Source: a virus
Lineage: Duplodnaviria > Heunggongvirae > Uroviricota > Caudoviricetes
Virus record (IMG/VR): IMGVR_UViG_2711768052_000001
Coordinates: 1 to 43,044 of that record
DNA: 43,044 bases
Direction: 5' to 3' (one strand)
A program made the translations under genes and the position numbers. Positions 9,682 to 20,989 of this stretch are shown here, one piece after another. The first letter of the stretch is position 1, and each line of letters opens with the position of its first letter. Under the pieces are notes generated by a model, which was not told where the DNA came from, searched no databases, and saw only the letters and a program-made list of their open reading frames with translations.

Positions 9682-11009
9682 TGTCCGTTCCTGTAAATGA
9701 GTTTCTGACCAGTTTTAGGGTTCGTTGCCGTCGCGCCTTCTGATATCCCACTTGGCGCAGCTTTTGTCTGCCCATTACCACCTTGTGGTGTAGGCTGCGC
9801 TGGGACATCGTCAAATAGCTTGGCCTTCCTTCTCCCTAAGCTTTTTTTCAGCCCCTGAGGAATAGTATCTCCATACGTATCCAGATATTCGTCTACCTGC
9901 TGGTTAAACTGCTGCCCCATAGCGTTGGCGTTAATTTTTGCTGCGTTAACAATGTTATCCCTCGCTTCCTGTGACAAGCCATTCCCTGCATTAAGCTGGT
10001 CTACATATCCTTTTATCTGCCCCCATATGCCATCAGAGCGCATGACCTGAACCTGTTCACCTTCGCGAACAACTGACTGAGGGTCGAGAGACTTCATGTA
10101 ATTAAAGATAATCCCAAGTTGGGCAGCGCCAGTATTTACCTTGCTAAGGGCTTGCAGAGAGTTTGCCGCCGCTCTGACAGAGTTATAATTTTTGCCAAAA
10201 TTGGTAATGTCAGAATTTAATCCCTTAATTAAGTCTGCTGACGGCTTACCTTTTTGCCCCAGCTCCATTAGCTTCAATCCCATCTCATCTGAGTGCATTT
10301 GTGCCCGCTGAGCCCTGTCTAGTTGAGCGTTCTGGATATTTGCCCATCCTCTCGCATTCTCCATGTCAGCCTGACGGATGCTTTCATCCAATCGCCCTTT
10401 CTCAAGTTGGCGACCAACCATCTTATCCTGAACAGCAAACGCCTTTTCTGGTCCAAGCGCACCGAGAGACATAGTAGTCAGCATGTGTGATAGCTGCTCT
10501 GGATTCTGAATACCTGTCTGAATCATCCAGTCAGCATTCGCCCCCACGCGATTTAACCTGTCCTTGTTGTCAGTAATGAATTTACTGTAGGCTTCCGGTC
10601 CCTGAGAAAGAGCGACGTTAGCCCTCATGGCTAAATCGCCCATATCGTTGCGTTGCTGATCATTAAGACCGGAAAACGCCTGTTGTGCCTGTGCAACAAA
10701 CGCTGGATTTTCCTGGGCAAACTTAAATAGTCCCGATGGATCACCAGAAGCCCATGCATCAGCGTGAACCTTATTGAACGCACTAATAGCTTTCTGTTGC
10801 TGTTCCTGATTGTAAATATCAGCAACTCCAGCCAGACCACGTAACGCGGTCAGGCCAACGTTATTTGCACCTGAGCGAGCCAGTTCATTGTTTTCGCGGA
10901 TCATACCAAGCGTTGCGTTAATGTCGCTTGCCTTTGGCGCATTCTCATTTTGCGTACCGATGCCAGCCAGAAAACCACCAGAATTAATACCCTGTTGCCA
11001 CGTAGCCAT
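9666..11009 (-). CDS. DNA ejection protein, P22 gp20-like (447 aa)
   Basis: Position and size in the conserved P22/Sf6 ejection-gene block. Confidence 0.85.
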   Translation of the reverse strand: MATWQQGINSGGFLAGIGTQNENAPKASDINATLGMIRENNELARSGANNVGLTALRGLAGVADIYNQEQQQKAISAFNKVHADAWASGDPSGLFKFAQENPAFVAQAQQAFSGLNDQQRNDMGDLAMRANVALSQGPEAYSKFITDNKDRLNRVGANADWMIQTGIQNPEQLSHMLTTMSLGALGPEKAFAVQDKMVGRQLEKGRLDESIRQADMENARGWANIQNAQLDRAQRAQMHSDEMGLKLMELGQKGKPSADLIKGLNSDITNFGKNYNSVRAAANSLQALSKVNTGAAQLGIIFNYMKSLDPQSVVREGEQVQVMRSDGIWGQIKGYVDQLNAGNGLSQEARDNIVNAAKINANAMGQQFNQQVDEYLDTYGDTIPQGLKKSLGRRKAKLFDDVPAQPTPQGGNGQTKAAPSGISEGATATNPKTGQKLIYRNGQWQPM

Positions 11010-11019
11010 TGATTACCCC

Positions 11020-11712
11020 TTAAAACAACGAGCCAAGCAGACCAAGACCGCCGCCGATCGCAGCCCCCCACGGAGTTGATGAACCAATTAATTTCGCAAG
11101 TCCGGCCCCAGCAATAGCACCAGACGCACCTCCGCCAATAGCAGATTGCATTGCTGATGGTCTGTTGGCATTTGCCGCTGCAAGAGCCGCACTTTGCTGC
11201 GAAATCTGACTCATATTGTTGGCATATGTTTGCCCGGCGTTTGCCTGTCCTTGCAGTGCGCCAAGACCAATATTTGCCAGATTCTGGTAGTTGTTCATCT
11301 GACCAGATAGCCATTGCTGACCAAGCGTTGGTGCGATTGTTGCTAACTGATTACTGGTTGCGGTGGAACCTAATCCACCTGTTGCTTCCGCTGCCGCCAG
11401 ACTCTGATAACGAGCCTGACCAGCAAGATCTTTGTACTGCTGAGAGTTGTAATACTGGTTAAGTGCCTGACCTTGCCCTTCCAGAGACGATAAGTTCTCG
11501 AGGCTGCCGACATACTTATCAGCCAGAGGAGTAAACGGCTTCAGGTTGTTCATGATGGTGTTGAACTGCTGATTTTGCAGGTCTGCTGCATACTTCTGAG
11601 CTTCTGCGGCATACTTTGCGCTTTTATCAGAACTGCCACCTTTCCCACCCTTTTCAGGGCAATAAGGTTCCTCGCCGCGCAGTTTTCTGCCCAGCTTAAA
11701 TGCATATAACAT
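11020..11712 (-). CDS. DNA ejection protein, P22 gp7-like (230 aa)
   Basis: Position and size (P22 gp7 is 229 aa); Gly/Ala/Gln-rich. Confidence 0.85.
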   Translation of the reverse strand: MLYAFKLGRKLRGEEPYCPEKGGKGGSSDKSAKYAAEAQKYAADLQNQQFNTIMNNLKPFTPLADKYVGSLENLSSLEGQGQALNQYYNSQQYKDLAGQARYQSLAAAEATGGLGSTATSNQLATIAPTLGQQWLSGQMNNYQNLANIGLGALQGQANAGQTYANNMSQISQQSAALAAANANRPSAMQSAIGGGASGAIAGAGLAKLIGSSTPWGAAIGGGLGLLGSLF

Positions 11713-11714
11713 GG

Positions 11715-12170
11715 CTATCTCCCGTGATTCAGGAAGTCGATTAGTTCTTCGCGTGTGGCGCTGTAAAAAGTCACGTCATCAACGCCTTTGAAGTATTTCT
11801 TGATGGTTCCTACACGCTTAAGGCCAACCATTGCGCAGTACATCTGACCGTGGCGGAATTTGCGTGCAGCGAACGATGTTACGCACTGAACGGTGGTGTT
11901 AGTCAGAATGTATCTCCAGAACGCCAGCCCGATTTCCTTGCTGAAGCCGCGAATCTCTGGCAGGTACATGGCGTGGCAATCGAATGTCAGCGGCTGAATC
12001 TCCTGATAGTAAACAATGCCGCCAAACTGACCGTGCACGTTAACCTCAAAGTAACGGTATTCAGGCTTGTAGTCGTATCCATCACCGTTGTTGCTTCCGG
12101 CAATAATGTCAGGGTGATTTCCGACTGCTTCGATCAGGTCGATGTTTCGCGTTGGTTTGAACTGAATCAT
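11715..12170 (-). CDS. Head assembly/ejection-associated protein, P22 gp14-like (151 aa)
   Basis: Position between the tail needle and gp7-like genes. Confidence 0.7.
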   Translation of the reverse strand: MIQFKPTRNIDLIEAVGNHPDIIAGSNNGDGYDYKPEYRYFEVNVHGQFGGIVYYQEIQPLTFDCHAMYLPEIRGFSKEIGLAFWRYILTNTTVQCVTSFAARKFRHGQMYCAMVGLKRVGTIKKYFKGVDDVTFYSATREELIDFLNHGR

Positions 12171-13018
12171 TACTGCTCCGCGATTATCTTGATGGTTGTG
12201 GCAGTAAACGCCGCACCATTTGACTGAATGGTTAACGTACTGCCATTTGTGGCAAGAAAGCCGTCTTTATCCACGCTGAAGAACGTAGCTAACAGGATGT
12301 TATCGGTTGTTGTCGCCGCATTACGACTGCTGACCAACGTGTCAGGAACAGAGCCGGAAAAGGTTAGCTGCATTGATCTGTTGGCGGTTCCGCTGGGCCA
12401 CGTCCCGACAATAGACAGCTTGAAGAACAAAGTTTTGTTCTCGTTGAACACAACCATCTTGTTGTTAACGGTGTCGAAGAATGGTGCCAACGAGCCTGAT
12501 GACGGCGTGAGCGTTTTCAGCAGGCTAACAAGGTTGGTCGGCGCTGTCGGAATGGTTACTGATACGCCAGAGTAAACAACCTCTGACTTCTTGCGAGTAG
12601 TGGCATACTCCAGAGCATCAATGCGCGATTCATGGTCTGAAACCTGCGATTCCAGCGACTGAACTCTGGTATCAAGCGACGCAATATCGCTTTCATTCTG
12701 AGCTATTCGTGTTTCATGTTCCTGAAGAGTTGATTCTGCCTGGCTGATTCGCTCCTCATGATTAACAAGCGTTGCTTCCGCAGCAGAAATTCGCTGCTCA
12801 TGGTCAGCGAGAATCACATCCTGCTCATCGTTCCTGACCTGTGCATCATAAGCGCCCTGTCCGGCCTCGTTGGCTTTGTTAGCCACGTTACCAACATCAG
12901 TACCCTGTGCGATAACGTAAAGCAGATACGACTGCGAGAAGATATTGCGTGGAAGGACTGATGTGTCGAGCCGTGTAGCCTGAATGATTACCGGCACATT
13001 GAGATTCGAATCCGCCAT
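12170..13018 (-). CDS. Tail needle protein, P22 gp26-like (282 aa)
   Basis: N-terminal [29 protein letters not shown] like gp26, followed by a long heptad coiled coil. Confidence 0.85.
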   Translation of the reverse strand: MADSNLNVPVIIQATRLDTSVLPRNIFSQSYLLYVIAQGTDVGNVANKANEAGQGAYDAQVRNDEQDVILADHEQRISAAEATLVNHEERISQAESTLQEHETRIAQNESDIASLDTRVQSLESQVSDHESRIDALEYATTRKKSEVVYSGVSVTIPTAPTNLVSLLKTLTPSSGSLAPFFDTVNNKMVVFNENKTLFFKLSIVGTWPSGTANRSMQLTFSGSVPDTLVSSRNAATTTDNILLATFFSVDKDGFLATNGSTLTIQSNGAAFTATTIKIIAEQ

Positions 13019-14436
13019 TACTCAATCCTTATCTGGCAGCCAGACAGAGTGACAGGTGACTTCGTGATAACGCGCAATTTGAAGCCGACATTTTTCCTGA
13101 TGCGCCCTACTTTCTTCCACAAAACGCGTTTGTCGTAAACGAACGGTTCATTCTGCTCAATCATCTGCTCACGACCGTAATTTATGCCGTCAGTGGTTGC
13201 AGAGAGAAAAAGGCGGTCAGCGTACTGAGCAACACCCGTCGATGATTCCACCTCCAGATCAAAGCATCTGGCGTTATCTGCTTTGAAGAGTGGAGTAAAC
13301 AGCAGGTGTTCCTGTTGAAGCCCATACTGACTACTGATATCGAACTGCAATTTCCCTGTCACCGATTCCAGCTTATCGCCGCACGTTATCTGATTGCCTT
13401 CGTAAATGAAGTCGATAGCGCGGTACACATCGTCATACAAGCCTGTTTTCAGTACACACCATTGCGGACCATTGGCGCTTGAAGATGCGTCATACACGAG
13501 AACATGGCGAGGAAGGTGGATAATCAGCAACTCATGAGCATCAAACCGCAGCGATTCCATCACACCATCAGCCAGTTCATCAGCAGTGTAGGAGCGGAGG
13601 ATTTTCTCAATGCTCGCGCTGGCGATTGGTGACACCTGACCGGAGCCGATGATATACACAGACGGCGCACCCGTTGCCGGATTGCTGATGAACGCATAGG
13701 AATCAGCAAACGGCGTTTTGCAGTAAGTTCCGGCAATACCTTTCTGCACCATCAGCGATGGCTGTGCGACATACAAAGCAGCACCAACGGTGGTTGCACC
13801 AGTCAGGGAGAAATATTCAATCGTCGATGAACCAAAGCAGACGATGAAGTCTCGCCATGTGCCGATACCGATGATGCCGTCCGGCTGCGACTCGGCACGA
13901 TATTGTGCGCTGTAGCGGTCAGGGTGCGATTCATCTTCAAGGTCAGTGATAAACCATGAATCAGTACCGTCTTTTGACCACGCATAACGCCCACGTAAGC
14001 GTGTAATGTCGCGAACTGAACCTAACTCGTACTGTGTGAATCCGCTGTCTGTAGGCCAGTTTGAGACGGTTTTAACCGTGCCATCATAGCGATACTCGAC
14101 CAGTTGACCATTAACGCCTACTGCCTGTGATGTCCGACCATGCGCCATTGATACTCTACCACTTCCGGCAACATCACCGACTTCACTTTCGCCCTTATAC
14201 AGCTTGCCGCCACACACGCGATAAACAGCATTCTGCGCCATGTTGTACTCGACGCCCCGCGATACGCCGTTCACGTCGGAACGTTTTGCAATGCCCGGGA
14301 ATGAGCGAAGATATCCGCTACTGTTCAGGATTTCTTTGGGTGTAGCCAGCATATTCACTGGCAGATAGTCGATATAGTCGGCGTTTCTAAAGTCTTTGCC
14401 GACACCTTTCATAAGCGGAAGTTGCTGAATCGGCAT
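13018..14436 (-). CDS. Tail accessory protein, P22 gp10-like (472 aa)
   Basis: Size and position in the P22 order 4-10-26. Confidence 0.85.
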   Translation of the reverse strand: MPIQQLPLMKGVGKDFRNADYIDYLPVNMLATPKEILNSSGYLRSFPGIAKRSDVNGVSRGVEYNMAQNAVYRVCGGKLYKGESEVGDVAGSGRVSMAHGRTSQAVGVNGQLVEYRYDGTVKTVSNWPTDSGFTQYELGSVRDITRLRGRYAWSKDGTDSWFITDLEDESHPDRYSAQYRAESQPDGIIGIGTWRDFIVCFGSSTIEYFSLTGATTVGAALYVAQPSLMVQKGIAGTYCKTPFADSYAFISNPATGAPSVYIIGSGQVSPIASASIEKILRSYTADELADGVMESLRFDAHELLIIHLPRHVLVYDASSSANGPQWCVLKTGLYDDVYRAIDFIYEGNQITCGDKLESVTGKLQFDISSQYGLQQEHLLFTPLFKADNARCFDLEVESSTGVAQYADRLFLSATTDGINYGREQMIEQNEPFVYDKRVLWKKVGRIRKNVGFKLRVITKSPVTLSGCQIRIE

Positions 14437-14445
14437 TTATTCACC

Positions 14446-14907
14446 TCACGTACTCGGATCATCTTTCTCGATGTAAAACCGATTCCACGTAAACGCGCTT
14501 TTGTTACCACTACCGCGAGGCATGTCATTTCGCCGCTCAAGTGGTGGTATTTTGGTTAAAGCGATGCAAATTGTCTGGTATGCGCTGTCAGCAGCGGTAA
14601 GGAGAGCATCTGACGGCTGAATGACGTTATCCATGCACACTTGAACGGCGAGTTTCAAAGCGACGCCATCATTTGCCCATGCAGGGATACCTGAATCATC
14701 GTCAGGTAACGGCATGATGCCGTTTTCTGTATCAGCAAACTGATATCCAAGTTCGATGCCTTTCGCCTGCCATGCGGCCATCATGTCTTCGAGGTCATTA
14801 ATGGCATCTTCAATTGCCTGTGGGTCAGCATCTGTCAACGTGGCATTGGAATACAGACCTGCTTTTCGTAAAGCCTTTAGAACGAGATCACCCTTCGTTT
14901 TCGCCAT
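14446..14907 (-). CDS. Head completion/tail adaptor protein, P22 gp4-like (153 aa)
   Basis: Size and position downstream of coat. Confidence 0.8.
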   Translation of the reverse strand: MAKTKGDLVLKALRKAGLYSNATLTDADPQAIEDAINDLEDMMAAWQAKGIELGYQFADTENGIMPLPDDDSGIPAWANDGVALKLAVQVCMDNVIQPSDALLTAADSAYQTICIALTKIPPLERRNDMPRGSGNKSAFTWNRFYIEKDDPST

Positions 14908-15076
14908 CTTCTTCCGCCTTAGCCACTTTTTGCTTCGTTGCGGTTTCTTCAGGAGTTTTTACCCAACCTTTTTTCAGGTGAGATTTAACTTCTTCGTCAT
15001 CAACAATGATGTAATCGACAGCAAACTGACCACAGATGATCATGTTTCCAGGCTTATAGAGCATTGTTCGTGCCAT
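14888..15076 (-). CDS. Small hypothetical protein (62 aa) between coat and gp4-like genes
   Basis: ORF 14888..15115 trimmed to Met14 (GGAG SD); the longer N-terminus would run through the coat terminator hairpin. Confidence 0.45.
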   Translation of the reverse strand: MARTMLYKPGNMIICGQFAVDYIIVDDEEVKSHLKKGWVKTPEETATKQKVAKAEEDGENEG

Positions 15077-15087
15077 TGTCTTCTCCC

Positions 15088-15110
15088 AATAAAAATGGGG
15101 CCGAAGCCCC
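15088..15110 (-). terminator. Rho-independent terminator immediately after the coat gene
   Basis: Minus-strand GGGGCUUCGGCCCC hairpin followed by AUUUUUAUU, 8 nt past the coat stop codon. Confidence 0.6.
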
Positions 15111-15117
15111 ACCAAAA

Positions 15118-16371
15118 TTACTGCCCGGCAATAACGATGCCCGTATATTCAGGAACAAGTACAGAGCAACCGTACAGAGTGGTGAAACGAGCAGTGGTTA
15201 CGCCTTTGATGTGGTCGAAGGCGTAAGACATGATCAGCGTAGCGCCCTGCTCGGTGGTTGCTGTCATTACCTGTGGACCCTGACCAGTCGGGAACGCCAG
15301 TTTGCCGTACATCAGTTCAACAGAACCATCAGCCCAGAACAGGTTAGCCGGTGCGGCATTTTTGTTGAGAATGGTAATTGCTGCACCATTTGCCGCGTTA
15401 GCATCAACGTTTGCATATGGACGGCTGGCGACATCCGCGTTGTCAGGCGGCAGAATTTTCGGGGAGATAGTTACTGTCGTTCCGCTAACTGCAAGAACGC
15501 GGAATACCTGCGGCTGCCCGGTGGTGTCTTTGGTGATCTGGTGTACGGAATTCACGCCAGCAATGGTGAACGCATCGCCAACCTGCAAACCAGATGCAGA
15601 TACCGTAATAGTCCCCTGTCGGTTATCCACTGGCATATCATTGTCATCTTTCGCTTCAACCTTGTGCGCAGGTTCAGCCGCCAGCGTCAGGGAAGTTGCT
15701 GTACCCTTCGGGACACGACCAGAAATATCGGTCTTGTAGCTATCGAAGGACGCGACCGGAGGGATCTGCGCTTTTTCGTATGCTGTCAGGGTTGCGCCCT
15801 GAGCATAGGCACGGTGACCAAGCTCGCCAGCAAGGTCTTTGTAGTTGAAGGGGTTCCAGAAAGAGCGACGGTTGATACCCTGTGGTACACCAATCGCCGT
15901 CATGGTGGCATCAATACCTGCCGCACAGTTCCACAAATCACGGCCCTGTGAACCAGTGGTTGAGTCAGCCATTGTGATCACGTTAGTAGCACGCTGCGTG
16001 ACCATGGAAATCAGGTCAGAGTCAATCTGTGCAGCAAGGCGCATACCTGCGGCGCGACCAGCTTCAGTTTTATGTTCCGGGTCACGCATTTCACGCGCAT
16101 CCAGAGTGTACAGAATGTTTTTCGGCTCCTTGAACACAGAAGGAACAAGGCGCTGAACCAGTGCTGTAGGCGTTTTGCCGCTGAGATCGAGGCCTTCTTC
16201 AATGTTCATGTGGTAATGCTGCGGACGATACAGAACATCACCTGCTCGCTGCATTGCGGTATCACCGGGACGGAATTTTTTAGCGTTACGGGAAACTACG
16301 CAGGCGGCCTCAAAGCCTTCAACGTAGTTTTCGAACATGATTTCAAGGTCTTTTGCTAATTGGTTAGGCAT
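15118..16371 (-). CDS. Major capsid (coat) protein, P22 gp5 family (417 aa)
   Basis: Size, position after scaffold, and similarity as recalled to Sf6/CUS-3-type coat proteins. Confidence 0.9.
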   Translation of the reverse strand: MPNQLAKDLEIMFENYVEGFEAACVVSRNAKKFRPGDTAMQRAGDVLYRPQHYHMNIEEGLDLSGKTPTALVQRLVPSVFKEPKNILYTLDAREMRDPEHKTEAGRAAGMRLAAQIDSDLISMVTQRATNVITMADSTTGSQGRDLWNCAAGIDATMTAIGVPQGINRRSFWNPFNYKDLAGELGHRAYAQGATLTAYEKAQIPPVASFDSYKTDISGRVPKGTATSLTLAAEPAHKVEAKDDNDMPVDNRQGTITVSASGLQVGDAFTIAGVNSVHQITKDTTGQPQVFRVLAVSGTTVTISPKILPPDNADVASRPYANVDANAANGAAITILNKNAAPANLFWADGSVELMYGKLAFPTGQGPQVMTATTEQGATLIMSYAFDHIKGVTTARFTTLYGCSVLVPEYTGIVIAGQ

Positions 16372-16389
16372 GCTTAATGCTCCGATAGG

Positions 16390-17283
16390 TTATTTTTTTG
16401 CCTTTTTAGCGGCGAAATACGGCGTCCAGTCACCAGTTTCCAGCGCCTTGGCTTTCAGTTTGTCTAGGTTATTGATTACTGCGCCGTTGCTCCCCTTAAC
16501 TGTCGGGGTTGTGGCTGCCGTGGTTTTTGCTTTTGGCATGATTCTGGCCTTCGATTCGATACGTTCCAGCAGACGACCAATTGCTACGGGGTTGGTAGCT
16601 TCTGCCAGTTGCTTGCGCAGTTCAGCGTTGCGGCCGAGCGCCAGAACAACGATTTCCGGCTTCTCTGACTCAAACAGGATCGCGTTTTGTGTCTCGATGG
16701 GAATTTCCTCGAGTACGGCCTGCTCAGCTTCCTGATAGCCAGGAACTTTGAGAGCCTTAACACGTTGCTGATATTTGGATAATCGCTCTTGATAGGCAGC
16801 CTGAAGCTCATGCTCCTTCTGCTTGCGAGCCATCTCCTGTTGCTGGTACTTGCCGTTATCCTCTGCCCACTTAGCCATGCGTTGCTGGTAGATTTCTTCA
16901 TCGAAACCGATGTCCTCATCATCCAGTTTTGGCATTCGCGGTGGTTGAGTGATTACCGGCTGCTGCTCGACGGGTTTCTGAGACTGACGCATCAGCTCTT
17001 TCAGCTCACGGTCTTTCTCTTTAATCGTCTTGCGCAGGTGTTTTACCAGTCCATGCTCTGCGTCATCTTCGCTGGTTGGCGAATCCAGCTTTTCGTCACC
17101 AAAGTAGAAATCCTGTTCTGATTCGTCGTCATCAGTTTCAGTAGCTTCCTCTGCATCATTGCCGGAGGACTCACTGCCATCTTCTGTTTCGACTTCTTCA
17201 GCCAGTTCTACATCATCAGGAATCTGCTCTGACGCGTCGGTTTCTATTTCAACTTCTGGTGTGTTTTCTGCCATCTGGTCCAT
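16390..17283 (-). CDS. Scaffolding protein, P22 gp8-like (297 aa)
   Basis: Highly charged, acidic N-terminus, helical; between portal and coat. Confidence 0.85.
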   Translation of the reverse strand: MDQMAENTPEVEIETDASEQIPDDVELAEEVETEDGSESSGNDAEEATETDDDESEQDFYFGDEKLDSPTSEDDAEHGLVKHLRKTIKEKDRELKELMRQSQKPVEQQPVITQPPRMPKLDDEDIGFDEEIYQQRMAKWAEDNGKYQQQEMARKQKEHELQAAYQERLSKYQQRVKALKVPGYQEAEQAVLEEIPIETQNAILFESEKPEIVVLALGRNAELRKQLAEATNPVAIGRLLERIESKARIMPKAKTTAATTPTVKGSNGAVINNLDKLKAKALETGDWTPYFAAKKAKK

Positions 17284-17373
17284 TTGTTACCCCTGTTTAC
17301 TCGATGTTCAGCCCATCGGAAGGCAATAGGGTGCCAGGCCTCATAAAGACAGCCATTGCACGTTATGGGTTAA

Positions 17374-19572
17374 TTACTGCTGTGGTTGTTGCTGAGTTGA
17401 TTTTTGCAGGATGCTGCTGATGTCCATGCGCTGCGCATGGCCATGTGCCTGACTTTTCAGGACAAGCTCTGCATCAGCACGGGCATTGTCTCCTTGCTGT
17501 TGCTGGAACTGTCCGAGCAGCTTCAGAGCCTCGCGGATATCAGATTTCTGCTGACTATCGGCAGATGCGAGTATTTTCACAACATTTGCCGCTGCAACCT
17601 GAGCATCAGTCTGTGCCTGGAATGCTTTAACCTGAATGGCTGCCTGTTCGTTCTGCGCTTTCTGCAATTCAGCCTGACCAGCAAGAAGCTGACCTTGCGC
17701 TGCAACCATAGCCGGATCTGGCTGACTGGCCTGTTGTTGTTTCGCCTGTTCAACCATCTGCTGTTCTTCAGGCGTTCTCGGCTTGATAACGCCAGACAGA
17801 AGCAACTGATTGCGGTTGTATTCTTTCAGGTCGTCCATCCCTTCTCCGTCCATATTGTCGAGAATCATCGACGATACAAGGTCGTGCTTCTGCGTTCCTG
17901 GTGGGATAAGTGCCAGCATGGAAAGTAACGACTTAACCGTTGCATCACGGCGAGTAGCGAACGACTGACCGACATCGACAGTCACTTCATAGTTACCCTG
18001 CGAAAGGTCGTTAAGCGCGATAACCTGCCCTGTCTGACGGTCAACCACTTCACCAGTCATCAGCGCCACGTCATCGCTGCCGTCCTCATTAACGATACGC
18101 ATCGGCGTATCACTGCCATAGACCTCACGCGCCATAGAAAGCCACACTACGCCAGCGCGGCGCATGGATTTAGCCATGTTGTCCATGTAGATATAGGACT
18201 GCGTGTCCATCCGGTTAAAGATGCTATCAACGGTATCGGTAGCGACGTTGCTCGGCATGTTCTCAAGCTGCGACGCACCTGTAATTTGCTGAATAGCCGT
18301 TCCGGTGTACTGTAATAGCCCGGCAAGAGCAGGAGGCATTTGTGTCGGAGGTGTATAACTGCTGACCTGAGCCTGCGCAGTAATATCTCCGTTTTTGTTT
18401 TTCAGACTGACCATCGGCAGGAACGCCGGGCGCTTTTTGTTGCGCTCCGCCCAATGAGTGGCGAGAGGACCAGGAATCATGTCAACATCAACTACAGGAA
18501 TACCATCACCGCCAGCCTGAGTGGCGTTATCTGCAATCATGGAAACCATCAGGTTCTCAAGACGCTGTGCATCCATCGCTTTTGCTGCGTGGCCTTCGAT
18601 TCGCTCCTGATTATCAACAAATGAACGACGCCCATATACCGGGATGAGAGGAATATGTTCGCCCGGAATACGCTTCGGTTCTTCCAGCCATTCAGCGCCA
18701 GACAGAAGGCCGCAATAAACGCGGCGTTTCTTCACCGTTCGCTCACCAATCAGTTCGAATGCGCCATCGGTTAGCTCGTCGACAACATCTTTTATTTGCT
18801 CTTCATCATAGATTGCCGTTTCTCCGCTGACAGGATTGCGCCACGCCGTGAGCTTCACCTTCTCTATGCGAACTTCGTAGTAGCGTCCAACATAGATGGC
18901 ATCAGGCGTTGACCAGTCATACTGAGTACCAGTGTCATCACGAGAAAGACTTGCCGCGATGGAGTCAGGGTATTCAGCCTCGAACGCTTTAGGCGTCATG
19001 GAGAACATTTCCATAGCCCACATAGCATCAGAACGGTCATATTGCTTGCTGTCCTGATCGAAGAAGACGCATGTCGCTGGGTCGTAAACAGGAAGAAGGC
19101 TGATGCGTCGCTGCTCGTTACTCGGATCCATTTCATCTTCGTAATCGGCACACATGCGAAAACAACCGAATCCGCCCGTTACAGCATCATCAAATGCGTT
19201 ATCACACGCTTCGCCACCGGATGTTTCCTGATAGTCAGCGCGGAATTTGCCGTTCATCTTTTCGGCTAACGCTTCCGATGCCTTATCGTCCTTCGGCCTG
19301 AATTTAACGCTGATGCGATTCTGTCGATACTCGCCAATGATGCGATCACATTCACGGGCAATCTTATTCAGTTCAAAACGCGGATAATGCTCAAACCTGC
19401 CTTCATCAAATGAGTAACCAGCGTTTGTGCTGCCTTCCCACTGTGCGCCGGACACCCTGACGAAACGTTGAGCCTCAATAATCTGCTCACGCATATCCTG
19501 CGTTGCTGACCAGGCATTATCAAAGTTGCACAGCACCTTGCGATGCCAGTCAGTCATCTTTTTTTCTGCCAT
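17374..19572 (-). CDS. Portal protein, P22 gp1-like (732 aa)
   Basis: Size (P22 portal 725 aa), position after large terminase, Gln-rich C-terminal barrel-like tail. Confidence 0.9.
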   Translation of the reverse strand: MAEKKMTDWHRKVLCNFDNAWSATQDMREQIIEAQRFVRVSGAQWEGSTNAGYSFDEGRFEHYPRFELNKIARECDRIIGEYRQNRISVKFRPKDDKASEALAEKMNGKFRADYQETSGGEACDNAFDDAVTGGFGCFRMCADYEDEMDPSNEQRRISLLPVYDPATCVFFDQDSKQYDRSDAMWAMEMFSMTPKAFEAEYPDSIAASLSRDDTGTQYDWSTPDAIYVGRYYEVRIEKVKLTAWRNPVSGETAIYDEEQIKDVVDELTDGAFELIGERTVKKRRVYCGLLSGAEWLEEPKRIPGEHIPLIPVYGRRSFVDNQERIEGHAAKAMDAQRLENLMVSMIADNATQAGGDGIPVVDVDMIPGPLATHWAERNKKRPAFLPMVSLKNKNGDITAQAQVSSYTPPTQMPPALAGLLQYTGTAIQQITGASQLENMPSNVATDTVDSIFNRMDTQSYIYMDNMAKSMRRAGVVWLSMAREVYGSDTPMRIVNEDGSDDVALMTGEVVDRQTGQVIALNDLSQGNYEVTVDVGQSFATRRDATVKSLLSMLALIPPGTQKHDLVSSMILDNMDGEGMDDLKEYNRNQLLLSGVIKPRTPEEQQMVEQAKQQQASQPDPAMVAAQGQLLAGQAELQKAQNEQAAIQVKAFQAQTDAQVAAANVVKILASADSQQKSDIREALKLLGQFQQQQGDNARADAELVLKSQAHGHAQRMDISSILQKSTQQQPQQ

Positions 19573-19573
19573 A

Positions 19574-20989
19574 TCAACCTACACCACAAGGAATTGAGTA
19601 ACTGGAATAGTCGGGTTGCGCAGCCGACTCCGGGCAATGCATACACATCATCAGCGCATCAGCCAGGTTAGGAGATGGAATACCGAGCTTCTGCTTCATT
19701 TCGACCTTAGTCATAAGCTCCAGCTTCCCGTTGTTATTGAATTTGCGCTGAATCTGCGTCAATTCTGCAAACAGCTTCTCAAGCATCTTCTCGCCTATCG
19801 CTTCTTTGTCGAAGCTCAGCATGTCGTCGGGGTCTGCATACTCACCGTTGACAACCGCGCGATATGTCAGATACAGCCTGTCAGCCAGCGCGTAATAGAA
19901 TTGTGCTCGCTTATTGCGGAACACATCGCCAATAGTGCGAACGTTGTCACCCTGTACGACTTCATCAGCCCATGCTCCGGCCTGATATGGTGCATCTTCA
20001 TCAAATGGCGATTCGCTGCCCTTGAACATCGTAGCGGTGATTTTCTTACCGGAGAATGCTTCCGTTGTCTGTCTGCGTAGCCCTGCACCGACACCATCAC
20101 CATCCCACAAGTAGTGGTCAGCACCGTCTTCAATCGCCAGCGAAGTAGCCCAGTCAGCCCCCTCGTTGATGTCCATCAGCAGACCTTCGGCAATGCGCTT
20201 AACTACCGAACCGTGACGCGATGCATAACCTTTAGCATCCGGCCCTGTATCTGACGGGTCATGTGCAGAAACAACAGCGCCTTTCGCTTTCCATCCGAGT
20301 TTCTTGTGCGCATCGGTTGCAGCTTCAAGCCATTCTCGTTTGATGATTGCCATATCACTTGCGCTTACTGGCTCACCAAGCCAGATGTGACGATACAGTG
20401 TCGGATTTCTGCGTTTGCACTCTTCCATCTCCAGACGGAGAACTTCAGGAAAATGCGGGTTGTCGGTGTAGTTCACCGTCAGCAGACAAATATCATCGGG
20501 AGGATTTACGACGAATCGCTGATAGGTATCGTCGAGTATGTTCTTCGGGTTAAAGCTCACCCATATTTCGGAAAATGGCTTGCGGATGGTTGGTATCAGG
20601 ATATCCCATGATTCCTTCGTTACCGCTTCCGCTTCCTCCACCCAGCAGATATCAATGCCTTCGAGCGATTTAATCTTCGTCGGGTTGTTTTTGATGCCGT
20701 AGAACATGAACTCAGCATTCGTTCCGAGATGACGAATCATTGAACGCTGAATTTCAAACTCAGCCGAATACCCTTCCCGCTCTATGGTGTCTTCAAGCAA
20801 CCGAATTACCGAATCGCTGATACTGTTTTGCAGCTCACGAGCGCAAAGTATGCGCACAGGCTGCCGACGCGCCGCTTCAACAAGCAGCCTCGCAATTGCC
20901 CATGACTTACCGCTACCTCGACCGCCTTTGGCGACTTTGTAGCGATGCGCCTCAATGAACGGTTCAAAGATAGGATTAATCGAGGTCAT
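19574..20989 (-). CDS. Terminase large subunit (471 aa), Sf6 gp2-like
   Basis: Walker A KGGRGSGKS near the N-terminus; sequence recalled as near-identical to Sf6 large terminase. Confidence 0.95.
   Translation of the reverse strand: MTSINPIFEPFIEAHRYKVAKGGRGSGKSWAIARLLVEAARRQPVRILCARELQNSISDSVIRLLEDTIEREGYSAEFEIQRSMIRHLGTNAEFMFYGIKNNPTKIKSLEGIDICWVEEAEAVTKESWDILIPTIRKPFSEIWVSFNPKNILDDTYQRFVVNPPDDICLLTVNYTDNPHFPEVLRLEMEECKRRNPTLYRHIWLGEPVSASDMAIIKREWLEAATDAHKKLGWKAKGAVVSAHDPSDTGPDAKGYASRHGSVVKRIAEGLLMDINEGADWATSLAIEDGADHYLWDGDGVGAGLRRQTTEAFSGKKITATMFKGSESPFDEDAPYQAGAWADEVVQGDNVRTIGDVFRNKRAQFYYALADRLYLTYRAVVNGEYADPDDMLSFDKEAIGEKMLEKLFAELTQIQRKFNNNGKLELMTKVEMKQKLGIPSPNLADALMMCMHCPESAAQPDYSSYSIPCGVG

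Noticed and set aside
15064-15951. 295-aa plus-strand ORF
   Set aside because: Antisense to the coat gene; no RBS; the coat gene on the minus strand is strongly supported
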